Shown one piece after another: positions 19,558 to 29,988 of a DNA stretch of 64,000 nucleotides. Origin of the DNA: Candidatus Poribacteria bacterium (GTDB lineage: Bacteria > Poribacteria > WGA-4E > PCPOR2b); NCBI GenBank assembly GCA_965116925.1, contig OZ220744.1, forward strand, positions 2,880,001 through 2,944,000, in the 5' to 3' direction. The stretch's first letter is position 1. Every line of letters starts with the position of its first letter. A program made the translations under genes and the position numbers. The notes under the pieces are model-generated. The model saw nothing but the letters and a program-made list of their open reading frames with translations, did no database searches and was not told the DNA's origin.

Positions 19558-21216
19558 ATGATTTGGAAAATACAACTTAGTTTTCTCTTAATATTCGCAA
19601 TTCTGTGCGTTGCTGGGTGCAGTGACAATCGGTATTACGACGATCAATTGCAAATGGAGCTTCAGCAGTTAGACAGCGATCTCGACGATCGTTGGTCAAC
19701 AACCGGGGTGGTTGTAATTGGCGTAAATGCAAACGGTCCCGCCAGCCGAGCCAATCTTGAGAAAGGCGAACTAATCTCCTATGTGATTGGCGAACGAACA
19801 ATTAGCAGTACAGGGGATTATAAACAAGCGGTCAAAAACGCAATGAAAGAGGACAACAACTTTATCCTCAAGCTGACCGACGGTCGAGCAATCCGGTTGG
19901 CGGTCCGAAGAAGAGGTGATCAAGTTGGCTTGGAAGTTGATGGGACACGCGTTAGCAAAGTGACTTCAGGAAGTCCCGCTGACACAGGTAACATCAAAGT
20001 GGGTGACACAATCCAAAGCGTAATTGATGAGCGAAACGTCCAAACCATTAAAGACTATAAAAAAGCACTCGACGAATTTGCAAAGCATGATTCTAAGGTT
20101 ACATTCCGCACAATTGAATTAGTTGGCATTAAGATTGGCACCGTCAACGCGCTCGGTAACTTGGGAGATGTACGTGCGGTCCAACCGTTGACCGTGCTTC
20201 TAGAGCGCGAAGGCAGTACCTTACGTCAACCGGCTGCCCTAGCCTTAGAACGTCTCGTTGCTTTGAGTCAATTGAATACTCTCTTTCAGCAATTCCAGCA
20301 AGCCGGCGTTGATGAGTTACCCGCCGATCAGTTGAATCCTCGGCAGCGTGAATCCGCCGAAATCTTGGGGCTGCTCACGAGCGATCTTGAGAACAACCGC
20401 GTTACCCTCAACGATCCATTCGGTACGCAATTTCGGCATCGATCCGAAGCCTTATACCAGAAGATAACTGATGGACAGATGGTAGAATTGGGACAGAAAT
20501 ATATCAAACGTGAGGTTGAGCCGAATCAGGAGATCCGACGGGCTTGTATCTCCATTTTGGGACATCTCAAACCGACCTCCGCTATTGAAGATCTGATTGA
20601 TGTGATGGAAGACAGTATGGAGGTTCCCGGCATCCGCTTCAAGGCAGGGCTCGCGCTAAGTCAGATCGGCGAGGACTCTGTTGATGCACTCATTGCTGCC
20701 TTTGACCGTGGCGATGCGAGTGTTAAAGATATCGCTGCCTCAGCACTCGGCAACATCGGTGGAAACAAGGCACGCAACATGTTAATCAACGCTCTCAAAA
20801 CGACAGACAACCCAACAATTAAATTGACTGTCGCCGATGCCGTTGCTAAAGTCGGTCGCCCCCCTTCAATTGAGGCACTTCGTCTTCAGAGGGAGGCACT
20901 TCCAGAAGGAAGCGGTTTAAGGACATTCCTCGACGAGCTGCAGGTATTGCTATTTAATGTTGAGTTAAAATATCAAACGCATCTAAACAGTGAAAATATC
21001 TCAGCAGAGTTACGACAAGAGTTTAAAGATAACAAAATCCCGCTTTCTCAAAATGCCATCCTTTCGATTCAAAAGAAAGATAGCGAGTGGTGGATAGATG
21101 ACAAGGATAATCAACGAATGTACATTGTCCGTAAAGAAGCCCGCAAAGAAGAGGGTAGACTCAATATCTATGAACCGCTTGATGCACAATCAGTGTCGTA
21201 CTCGGTTACAAACTAA
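19558..21216 (+). CDS. Lipoprotein with tandem PDZ domains and HEAT repeats
   Basis: Lipobox VAGC; GVVVIGVNANGPASRANLEKGELI and VSKVTSGSPADTGNIKVGDTI (PDZ); ALGNLGDVRAVQPL, AASALGNIG (HEAT). Confidence 0.8.
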   Translation: MIWKIQLSFLLIFAILCVAGCSDNRYYDDQLQMELQQLDSDLDDRWSTTGVVVIGVNANGPASRANLEKGELISYVIGERTISSTGDYKQAVKNAMKEDNNFILKLTDGRAIRLAVRRRGDQVGLEVDGTRVSKVTSGSPADTGNIKVGDTIQSVIDERNVQTIKDYKKALDEFAKHDSKVTFRTIELVGIKIGTVNALGNLGDVRAVQPLTVLLEREGSTLRQPAALALERLVALSQLNTLFQQFQQAGVDELPADQLNPRQRESAEILGLLTSDLENNRVTLNDPFGTQFRHRSEALYQKITDGQMVELGQKYIKREVEPNQEIRRACISILGHLKPTSAIEDLIDVMEDSMEVPGIRFKAGLALSQIGEDSVDALIAAFDRGDASVKDIAASALGNIGGNKARNMLINALKTTDNPTIKLTVADAVAKVGRPPSIEALRLQREALPEGSGLRTFLDELQVLLFNVELKYQTHLNSENISAELRQEFKDNKIPLSQNAILSIQKKDSEWWIDDKDNQRMYIVRKEARKEEGRLNIYEPLDAQSVSYSVTN

Positions 21217-21393
21217 TAAACTGAAGTTTGAATAGCACCACCAAGTATGAGAAAATAGAGTCCTGATTCGAGTGCATTTTGAGGTTCAGGGCAGAAGGAG
21301 ATAATTACTAGCGGGTCCCGATGTTTCATGATGCAAAGCGTTATAGAAACAACGAGGATTCCGATAAATCGGAACAAGCTAACTCCCAACCAG

Positions 21394-22230
21394 ATGAAAA
21401 TTGGCGTTACCTCCGACCTGCATACCGATGTCACCCCGCTGAATAAACAGATTCTTCCGCATATCGTCAAAGCGGCAGAGAAAGCAGGCTTGGACATCTT
21501 CATCCTCGCTGGCGATCTATCGCCCAACCTGCTTGAACTTGCCAACATCCTGATTGCATTCACAGAATCCGACCTGAATTGCCCCAAATTATTCGTTCCC
21601 GGAAACCACGATATTTGGGTTAGCGAACATCCCGATATTACAAGCGAGCAGAAATACGATGCCATCGCGGCGGTCTGTCGTGAGTGCGATTTCCATTCAT
21701 TAGACACCACACCCTTTGTTAAAAACGACGTCGGATTCTGTGGTACAATTGGGTGGTATGACTACTCATTTCGATGCAAGGAGCACAATTTTTCAGAGGA
21801 GGCATACGCGTCGAAACAGCTATCGGGATCCGTTTGGAATGACTCAAATTATGCAAAATGGGATGGAACAGACCCAGAAATTGCTCGCCGATTTGAGAAT
21901 AAATTGCGGAACCAGATCGGTTCAATCAAAGACTCCGTCTCGCAAATCGTTGTGACAACCCACCACGTCCCCTTCCAAGAGTGCGTCCACTCTCGTGGAA
22001 CATTGCCGGGGGACTTCTTCAGTGCATATATGGGAAGTCAAGGACTCGGCAAGGCATGCCTCGAAGAACAGCTTGTCACGCACTCCATCTTTGGACATAC
22101 GCACACCCCAATCCAGCAGCAAATCGGGGATGTCACTGCAATCTGTTCTCCGATCGGTTACCTACATCAGCCTCCCGCGTGTGATTTATCTGTCTATGCA
22201 CAGAAACGGCTTACCTGCTTCGAGCTTTGA
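21394..22230 (+). CDS. Calcineurin-like metallophosphoesterase
   Basis: SDLH, AGDL, PGNHD, THH, FGHTH motifs; start may be 21328. Confidence 0.9.
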   Translation: MKIGVTSDLHTDVTPLNKQILPHIVKAAEKAGLDIFILAGDLSPNLLELANILIAFTESDLNCPKLFVPGNHDIWVSEHPDITSEQKYDAIAAVCRECDFHSLDTTPFVKNDVGFCGTIGWYDYSFRCKEHNFSEEAYASKQLSGSVWNDSNYAKWDGTDPEIARRFENKLRNQIGSIKDSVSQIVVTTHHVPFQECVHSRGTLPGDFFSAYMGSQGLGKACLEEQLVTHSIFGHTHTPIQQQIGDVTAICSPIGYLHQPPACDLSVYAQKRLTCFEL

Positions 22231-22401
22231 TTTTCAATAGCTGACAAATAGTTTGTGAGCTAAGTTACGGAATCGTGGAATGGGGATTTGTACCATTCAA
22301 ACGACCTGAAGAATCAAACCTTAACAATCTACTAATATGATGATGTATAGCACACAATTCATCACAACAATCCGCAACCGTAACAAGGAGGCAACACCCG
22401 C

Positions 22402-25400
22402 ATGAACCGTCTGAGCCAACATATCAGTGATTCCACGATGCTGAATCGATGGGGGTCTTACGTTTTTTGCTTTACGCTTTACGCACTATGTTGCTTCCAT
22501 CTGTTTGACACTTGGACCTTAGACGCTCGCGCAAATACAAACGCTATAACCGATCGGAACGGAATTACTGTCGAATTTAATCTTCCAAAACTTGAGGTCT
22601 CGACGGTTAAACGGAATGGTATTCGATATCAGGCAGTCAGCTTTGAGGGAAGTGGGTTTACCAATGAAGCGGGAAATCCACAACTCCCCGTGTCGCGCGT
22701 AACACTCGGTGTGCCGCCAAACGTTAAGTTTCGGGTCGAAATCCTTCATACTACTACTGAGACACGGTCCGGTTATCGCATCCCACCTGTACCACACCGT
22801 GTTCCTAAACCTCGCAGTGAAAGCTCTGCTTCCTTTTCCAATCCTGAAAATTTCCAAACACTTGAAGAAGAATGGCGTGAAGATGGTCCCGCTTACAGGT
22901 CCAATAACAATTATCCAAAAACCGCTGCACAGGTTGTTTATGACGGATATATCCGCTCCCAACGGCTGCTGTATCTAGAACTCCGTCCGGTGCAGTATCA
23001 ACCAAAATCGAGAATGTTGCGGATTCATTCTCGTATGACCGTCCGCGTTCGTTTTATACATCAAGGTTCAGATAACAGATTTCAGAGCACCAGTACCTCA
23101 TCTTCTCAATTTACGATCGCAGAACCGGCTTCATTTGAACGGATGTATCAAAACTTCCTGTTAAACTACAATGAGGCTAAGCATTGGCGCGTTCGAACGA
23201 CGGGAACGGCTGCTGCGCCGGGGGCTTTGGATTCCAACCGCAGTATTGGGGCGGGACCCGCAGTACAGGAACAAACGAATGGAGAACGGTATAAGATTCT
23301 CGTCGATAAAACCGGCATTTATCGCTTGACGAGCGATGACTTGCGTCAAAAATGGGGGATTGATTTAAGCGGGATCGACCCGCGGCGTTTGCATCTTAGA
23401 ACAAACGGCAGGGAGGTTCCAGTATACATTTATGGTGAAGAGGATGGGCGTTTTGACCGTGGCGATTTCATCGAATTTCTCGGTATAGATGCAAAAAGCC
23501 GGTATACAAAGTGGAATGTTTATTGGCTAGGTGCTGAACGCACACGGGGGGCGCGTGTGTCCGAAATCCACGCCAGTCCTGATGATCCAACAGCAAAACT
23601 GGTTCCGAGTTTCCGCTCGAAACTGTACTTTGAAGAGGACCATTTCCACAATAATTTGCGACACGTTGAACCTCGAAATGTGTCGCCAGATGATAAGCAC
23701 GGCTGGTTTGAAGCGCTTGACTTCTGGTACTGGACCGGTGTCAAAAACTTGGCTGATGAAAATGAAGTGGATCTCGAATTTCCGCTTTACGATCTCACGC
23801 AGAGTTTCGATCCACCGAGTATCCGCGTCACTTTGCAAGGCGGAACACCGACCAATCACGAAGCACTAGTTTCGATTAACAATATTCGGATTGATGAAGT
23901 GAAATGGCCAGACCAAGATGTTGTCACAGTTGATAAAAATCTACGGGTCTGGAACAACTTGCGGGATGCAACCCAGGGCGAAAAGAATGTGATTACCCTC
24001 GCTCGAATTGATACCACAGAAGAAGAAAATACCCTAGCCTTTCCTCACCACATTTATATTAATTCTTTCGAGGTCGAGTATACGCGCCTGTTAAAAGCAG
24101 TCAACGATTCTCTTGAATTCACCACACCTGCTACCACCGATCCATACAATGCCCGAAGACAGCGTCGGTTGGAATACACTGTTCAGACCTTCCTTTCACC
24201 AGATGTGGCAATCTTTGAACATGACGGTGAGGTATTGGTCTCCAAGTTCCACAACCTCAAGATTGAGCGTGTAGATTTGGGCAGAGTTGAACGTAACCGT
24301 CTCCGCGAAATCTACCGCATCAATGCCGAAGCCGATGGCACAAGTCAACCTTCACTACAGGACATCCCGCGGGTTGCCTACAATGCAACGTTCCAAGTAC
24401 GCGATGCCCACGATGGGAAGTATATTGCGGCCTCTTCGGCGGGTGTACGTCAACCTGTTCGCGTTGAGGTCGCTATGCCAAGCGATCTGCTCTCTTCTAG
24501 CAATGGTGCGGATTACCTAATCATCAGTCATCCGGTATTCCTTGAACCATCGAAAAGGTTGGCACGATGGCGAGCAACGCCAAAAGGCGGTGGTTATCGA
24601 ACAAAGGTCGTTGATGTTACACAGATTTATGACATCTTCAGTAATGGCATGGTTAATCCGCAAGCTATCAAGGACTTCCTGACCTATGCCTACAAAAATT
24701 GGCAATCACCCGCGCTCTCTTATGTCACAATTATGGGAGATGGAACGTACGATCACCGTGGAATTGATAAGGAAGTCTATCCAGAACCTCCAGAATTGAC
24801 AGGATATATCCCAACCCATTACATCTGGACCATCTCCTTCGGAAAGACCTCAGTTGATCACTGGTATACAACAGTAAACGGAATTGATGAACTGCCCGAT
24901 TTCTACATCGGAAGATTGAGCGTGGAAACACTTGAGCAAGCCGAAACCGTTGTCGAGAAACTCATTAACTATGAAGACAAACGCCCCAACGGAGACTGGC
25001 GGCGCCGGATTATCTCTGTAGCAGATGACGAAATTAATAACTCCGGCGATGAGATTTTCAAAAGGAGTTTGACCGCGCTTGCAAAAAAACAGACGTTACT
25101 CGGCTACGAAAACGTACCCATCTATCTCGAAGACGTGAAGGACATGGTTGAAGCGAATAAGGCAGCTTACCCTGAACTGCCACAACGGGTGGCAAAGGAC
25201 ATGATTATTGACGCAATGAGTGATGGGGCGGTTATTGCTCAATATGCCGGGCATGGTGGTCGCATTGTATGGGCACATGAGGCAATCTTTGACAATCGGG
25301 CAATTGGTCAAGTGAGTGAGACAGATCACCTCCCATTCATGCTCGTGTTGAGCTGTTACAACGGCTATTTTGACGCGCCCGGCGAACCGAGCATGGCAGA

Positions 25401-28400
25401 AACATTACTCCGAAAAGAGAAAAGCGGAATTATCGCCATGTTGAGTGCCACGCGCCTGACCTATGGCAGCGGTAACGATACACTCAATAATATCATTTTC
25501 GATATGATTTTCCAGCGAAACATACGGCAACTCGGACCAATCAGCTTCGACTCAAAGATCGAACAGTTAATAGAGGATGGACGCGGACAACTCAATGTCA
25601 TGCTTGAGTATACGCTCTTCGGTGATCCGGCGATGAACCTCGCTATGGCGGATTATGAGGTTGAGACGGAGGTTGAAACGCAAACCGTTGCAGCCGGACA
25701 ATTTCTCAAAATCTCCCCGGGGCAGATTGGCGAAGTTACCTACGACCCTGCAATTAAGGGGAAAAGGTTTACGCCAATTTCAAACTTTAATGGACGGATC
25801 TATGCAAAAGCAGTTTTTCCCGGTACTTATTCAACCGTTGAGGGAGAAGAAGAACTCTTGAGGGTATACTCAGGTGGTGTTCCTGTCACTCAAGAAACAA
25901 CCGTAGTGAACGGCAAATTCCCCAGACTTTCCATCCCTGTCCCCAAAGGAATTAGTGCAGGTGAGGGCCATGTTGAATTTTATGCTGAGAGTCCGACCCA
26001 TATTGCTGCCAGTGGACGTTCATTTACCGTGCTTGTACCGAAGATTCTCGATATACAACCAGAACTCGTCGCCGGCAGTCCGGGGGTTGAGCCTTCTCAA
26101 TTCCATATATCTACACAGGTTTCCGATGAACTGAGCGAGCAAGGTATCAAATCAGTTATCCTAGAGTGGCAAGACCCAGTGAAGCGGGAATCGTTTGAAG
26201 AAATAATGATACGGGATACATCACGGGGCAACGGTTGGTATATAACTCCCAAGCCATTACCCCTACCAGCCAACCGAGCCGGCATCCGATATGAGATTAT
26301 AGTTGTTGACATTGACAGCCGACATGTCACTTCCGGACGGCGGACATACCGTCCATTTGTATTCCCTGACGTGCGAGTTACGCCCGGACTAGGATTTTCG
26401 GATCCGTTAATCTACTACGGCTATTCTCGCAAAGATGGTGCTTGGACGATTAACGCAGATATTGAACAGATTGAAGATATCGAACTAAAAGAGAATCTAG
26501 AGGTCGCTTTTTTTGAAGGCAATCCCGATCGCGATAGGGATGGCGTTGTTGATGCTGGTGCAAAGCTGCTTGGCAGAACGCAGATCTCCCCCAGCGCATG
26601 GCAGCGCAGAGATCCGGTAGAACCCCACAAAAATTCACTCAAAACCGAAGGTGAAACCGATAGTCTGCTCCGTCCCCGTGCTTTCAGGGATAGACCGCTT
26701 AACACCAACTGGATTGCAACAGCAACCCTTAAACATGAATTGTCGATCGGCAATCACGAGGTTTTCGTTTTTGTTGATCCCGCCTTCAATTCCACCGAAA
26801 TGCCTTATGGAAAACTGCGTGAAGGCGATGAGAAAGACAATATTACATCGCGCCTTATTCCAGTTCAGAGCCTCCTCATCGGTCAAAGAGATCAACATAT
26901 TTTTAGTCAAGATGCAACAATCAATTTCCACATACCCGCTCACGCTGTTCCGCAACTCGCTGTTTTGACAATCACGCCACTGAATAGCCAACAGCAGCCT
27001 AAACCGGTCAATCCATCGAGGCTTATTCCGGTTGCGCTGCCAAACGGGGAGGACACAGCAGCTTACAGTGCAGTGCTGGACATAACGTCTCTGAATCAAA
27101 AGCTGCTGCAACAACCAATAACAGTGGAACTACGATTCGATCGACTGGCACTGCAAGAAACAATTAAGGACGAGTTAGGATTAGAAGAAATCTCAGATCC
27201 GGCTCCCGACCAGATCGTGACGATTGATGAAGGGGCAGAGGCAGTCGCACAGGAAATTGGCATGTATCTGTGGGTAGACGCGCTAAAAAACTGGGTTCAG
27301 CTTGATTCAGAATTAGTGACATCGTCTGACGGATTGATGCAAACCCAATCCACGCTCGCAAACATCAGTGCATCGAATTACAGCGATGGTGAAATCCACA
27401 CAGTTAGAATTGAGCCAACCGCCGCACGGGTCGGCAAGTGGGTGCTGCTGTTTACGTCGTCCCACACTTACCGTCTGCTAATCAGCGAAGAGGAAAAACC
27501 ACTTGAACTTATTGATCCAAATCGGTTTGTGGATCCATCTGCCCAAGCACCAAGTATATTCAGCGACAGCGTTGCCATCGGAATAGAGTTAGGCGAGAAT
27601 GAGTTCCAGTTTGGAGATGTCCTCACTTTTCGAATATTTGGCAGCGGGTCCGGTGACTCCGATCCAACATTCTTTGCCTCATCCTTCCGCGAGGAAAATA
27701 TTGGGAGGGGCAGAATCCAATATATTCATCTTGAGGAAAATTCGTCGATACCACTAGATCAGTGGGTTATTCTGTTCACTGATTCGGAACACTTCCAGAT
27801 TGAAGGAAAAAAGAATGGTCCCCTCTCACGGAACGGTCAACCCATACGCGGTAAAGTTGGTAGCGAATTCGTTTATCCTGAATTCGGTCTACGCCTTAAG
27901 ATATCAGCCGGTGACCGAGAATTTGAAACAGGCGATAGCTTCCGGTTCAGTACAAAAGAGACTGGACGCATCCGCGCTGAAGTCCCGATGCTTGGCACGT
28001 TGACACTGATGCAAAGTAACGATACCATTCCCCCCGATCTCCAGCTGACAGTTGGCAAACAGAATTTTATTGATGGCGATCCAGTTTCCTCAGAACCGTT
28101 CATCCAAGCGACACTTACGGACGACAACGGCATTGATTACATTACCCGGCCCGTCCATCTGGAAATCAGCCGGGATAATCAGCAATTCACGTCAATCTCA
28201 GAGGCGGAATATCGACTGAGCAACGTTTCAGGGTCTAATCAGGTCAGTTTGAATTATCAATCGCCTGAGCTCGAACCGGGAACGTATCGAGTCCGCCTGA
28301 GCGCGAGCGATCTTGAGGGAAACAAATCTGAGGAAGAGATTGAATTCCGTATCCACAAAATCCTCCAGCTGCTCAAAGCGATGAACTACCCTAACCCATT

Positions 28401-28656
28401 CGGCGATGAAACCGTAATCACCTGTGAGTTGACTGGCGCCGCCGATGAAATGACGGTTAAAATTTACAGCTTGTCGGGGCGGTTAGTCCGTGAGTTTACC
28501 GAACCAGCACGGGCAGGATTCACGATGATACCTTGGGATGGGCAGGATAGAGATGGTGATGAAGTAGCAAACGGTGTGTACTACTGCAAGATTCGCGTTA
28601 AAATGGCGGGAGAGCAGGATTTGACCGAATACATCAAGATGATGAAGTTAAAGTAG
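22402..28656 (+). CDS. PorU-like C25 (gingipain-family) cysteine peptidase with propeptide, CARDB-like region and FlgD-Ig/T9SS-like C-terminal domain
   Basis: Propeptide_C25-like GNPQLPV; YKILVDKTGIYRL; ADYLIISH; GDGTYD; IGRL; catalytic YAGHGG and VLSCYNGYFD; YTLFGDPA; C-terminal NYPNPF...WDGQD...ANGVYY. Confidence 0.88.
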   Translation: MNRLSQHISDSTMLNRWGSYVFCFTLYALCCFHLFDTWTLDARANTNAITDRNGITVEFNLPKLEVSTVKRNGIRYQAVSFEGSGFTNEAGNPQLPVSRVTLGVPPNVKFRVEILHTTTETRSGYRIPPVPHRVPKPRSESSASFSNPENFQTLEEEWREDGPAYRSNNNYPKTAAQVVYDGYIRSQRLLYLELRPVQYQPKSRMLRIHSRMTVRVRFIHQGSDNRFQSTSTSSSQFTIAEPASFERMYQNFLLNYNEAKHWRVRTTGTAAAPGALDSNRSIGAGPAVQEQTNGERYKILVDKTGIYRLTSDDLRQKWGIDLSGIDPRRLHLRTNGREVPVYIYGEEDGRFDRGDFIEFLGIDAKSRYTKWNVYWLGAERTRGARVSEIHASPDDPTAKLVPSFRSKLYFEEDHFHNNLRHVEPRNVSPDDKHGWFEALDFWYWTGVKNLADENEVDLEFPLYDLTQSFDPPSIRVTLQGGTPTNHEALVSINNIRIDEVKWPDQDVVTVDKNLRVWNNLRDATQGEKNVITLARIDTTEEENTLAFPHHIYINSFEVEYTRLLKAVNDSLEFTTPATTDPYNARRQRRLEYTVQTFLSPDVAIFEHDGEVLVSKFHNLKIERVDLGRVERNRLREIYRINAEADGTSQPSLQDIPRVAYNATFQVRDAHDGKYIAASSAGVRQPVRVEVAMPSDLLSSSNGADYLIISHPVFLEPSKRLARWRATPKGGGYRTKVVDVTQIYDIFSNGMVNPQAIKDFLTYAYKNWQSPALSYVTIMGDGTYDHRGIDKEVYPEPPELTGYIPTHYIWTISFGKTSVDHWYTTVNGIDELPDFYIGRLSVETLEQAETVVEKLINYEDKRPNGDWRRRIISVADDEINNSGDEIFKRSLTALAKKQTLLGYENVPIYLEDVKDMVEANKAAYPELPQRVAKDMIIDAMSDGAVIAQYAGHGGRIVWAHEAIFDNRAIGQVSETDHLPFMLVLSCYNGYFDAPGEPSMAETLLRKEKSGIIAMLSATRLTYGSGNDTLNNIIFDMIFQRNIRQLGPISFDSKIEQLIEDGRGQLNVMLEYTLFGDPAMNLAMADYEVETEVETQTVAAGQFLKISPGQIGEVTYDPAIKGKRFTPISNFNGRIYAKAVFPGTYSTVEGEEELLRVYSGGVPVTQETTVVNGKFPRLSIPVPKGISAGEGHVEFYAESPTHIAASGRSFTVLVPKILDIQPELVAGSPGVEPSQFHISTQVSDELSEQGIKSVILEWQDPVKRESFEEIMIRDTSRGNGWYITPKPLPLPANRAGIRYEIIVVDIDSRHVTSGRRTYRPFVFPDVRVTPGLGFSDPLIYYGYSRKDGAWTINADIEQIEDIELKENLEVAFFEGNPDRDRDGVVDAGAKLLGRTQISPSAWQRRDPVEPHKNSLKTEGETDSLLRPRAFRDRPLNTNWIATATLKHELSIGNHEVFVFVDPAFNSTEMPYGKLREGDEKDNITSRLIPVQSLLIGQRDQHIFSQDATINFHIPAHAVPQLAVLTITPLNSQQQPKPVNPSRLIPVALPNGEDTAAYSAVLDITSLNQKLLQQPITVELRFDRLALQETIKDELGLEEISDPAPDQIVTIDEGAEAVAQEIGMYLWVDALKNWVQLDSELVTSSDGLMQTQSTLANISASNYSDGEIHTVRIEPTAARVGKWVLLFTSSHTYRLLISEEEKPLELIDPNRFVDPSAQAPSIFSDSVAIGIELGENEFQFGDVLTFRIFGSGSGDSDPTFFASSFREENIGRGRIQYIHLEENSSIPLDQWVILFTDSEHFQIEGKKNGPLSRNGQPIRGKVGSEFVYPEFGLRLKISAGDREFETGDSFRFSTKETGRIRAEVPMLGTLTLMQSNDTIPPDLQLTVGKQNFIDGDPVSSEPFIQATLTDDNGIDYITRPVHLEISRDNQQFTSISEAEYRLSNVSGSNQVSLNYQSPELEPGTYRVRLSASDLEGNKSEEEIEFRIHKILQLLKAMNYPNPFGDETVITCELTGAADEMTVKIYSLSGRLVREFTEPARAGFTMIPWDGQDRDGDEVANGVYYCKIRVKMAGEQDLTEYIKMMKLK

Positions 28657-28667
28657 AGCGAGACGAA

Positions 28668-29981
28668 ATGATGGCGAGAAAACTAGAAAACCAGAAAACC
28701 AGAAAACAAGCAGATTTTAACATAAAGGTGCCCAGGCGCAAAGAAGCAAAGAAGAATTTCTACTGTTTTCCTCCGTGTCTTCGCGTCCTTGCATCGTTGC
28801 GTTCCTTTTCTTCCCGTTTTCATGTTTCACGTTTCACGTTTCACGTTTCATTGCTTTCCTCTGCGTTCTCCGCGTCTCTGCGGTTAATTTTCTCCCGTTT
28901 TCCCGTTTTCTCGTTTTCTCGTTTTCTGCTTTGCGTTGTCCTCTGCTGCCACACCGTTGCCTACGGTGCGGAAAAGTATGCCGGCGATTTTTTAACACTC
29001 GGCGTCGGAGCACGACCATTGGGGATGGGAGGCAGTTTTGCAGCCATCGCCGATGATTCTACCGCGGCTTATTGGAATCCGGCTGGACTTGGGCGTTTGC
29101 GCCATTCCGAAGCAGCTTTTATGCACTCAAGCCTTGGCGAATTGGATAGTTACGATTTTGTCAACTATGTTCACCCAATCGGCGGGGCTGCATCCCTTGG
29201 ATTAAGTTGGCTACGGGTGGGGATTGACGATATCCCAATCACGCAACTGCCACGTCCCGGGAATCCGGTCAGCCCAGCCAATCGTCCTAGACAGGTCGAC
29301 ACGTTTAGCAGCACCGACAATGCCTTCTTCCTATCCTACGGCAGGCAGATCGGGCTTAATCTAGGATCAAAGCGATTGAACATGTTCCTCGGTGGCAACG
29401 CTAAATTAATCTACATCACTGCGCTGGGCAACACAAACGCGCTTGGCGTCGGTGGGGATCTAGGCTGGCTCTGGACAACCCCGCCTGAACGATCTCGTCA
29501 ATTGTCGATCGGTATCGTCGCACAGGACTTTTTCAGGACGAAGTTATACTGGAATACACCCCCTGAAAATCCGGGTGAAGCGTCTAATACAGACACGATT
29601 GAGCCCAACCTGAAAATCGGTTTCTCTTACAGACAATCGATCAAACCGTTGAAAAGCCATTTGTTATTGACATTTGATACCGATAGCTTATACTCTTTTG
29701 AGATGCACTACGGTGCGGAGTACGTTTTCGCAGAACTCTTGTCGTTACGGATTGGTATCCAAGAGCGGAAAGGCATCAATACAATCCGTTTAATGACGGC
29801 TGGGGCAGGGTTACGACTTTCGTTTTTAACCGGTGCTGCGTTCTCCGTAGATTACGCTTTCTTGAACAACAGCGAGCTGGGAAATAGCAATCGAATCTCT
29901 TTGATGACATCGAATCTCTTTGATGACACGGTTCTGATTTATTATACCGCGTTCTTACACTCCGATCAACCAATGGACTAA
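28668..29981 (+). CDS. PorV/PorQ-like outer-membrane beta-barrel; C-terminus frameshifted by a 19-bp duplication
   Basis: FLTLGVGARPLGMGGSFAAIADDSTAAYWNPAGL signature; GAEY, LRIG, VDYAF, ELGNSNRISL; the unduplicated end would read RISLMTRF-stop (TGA at 29935-29937). Confidence 0.85.
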   Translation: MMARKLENQKTRKQADFNIKVPRRKEAKKNFYCFPPCLRVLASLRSFSSRFHVSRFTFHVSLLSSAFSASLRLIFSRFPVFSFSRFLLCVVLCCHTVAYGAEKYAGDFLTLGVGARPLGMGGSFAAIADDSTAAYWNPAGLGRLRHSEAAFMHSSLGELDSYDFVNYVHPIGGAASLGLSWLRVGIDDIPITQLPRPGNPVSPANRPRQVDTFSSTDNAFFLSYGRQIGLNLGSKRLNMFLGGNAKLIYITALGNTNALGVGGDLGWLWTTPPERSRQLSIGIVAQDFFRTKLYWNTPPENPGEASNTDTIEPNLKIGFSYRQSIKPLKSHLLLTFDTDSLYSFEMHYGAEYVFAELLSLRIGIQERKGINTIRLMTAGAGLRLSFLTGAAFSVDYAFLNNSELGNSNRISLMTSNLFDDTVLIYYTAFLHSDQPMD

Positions 29982-29988
29982 TGAACCA

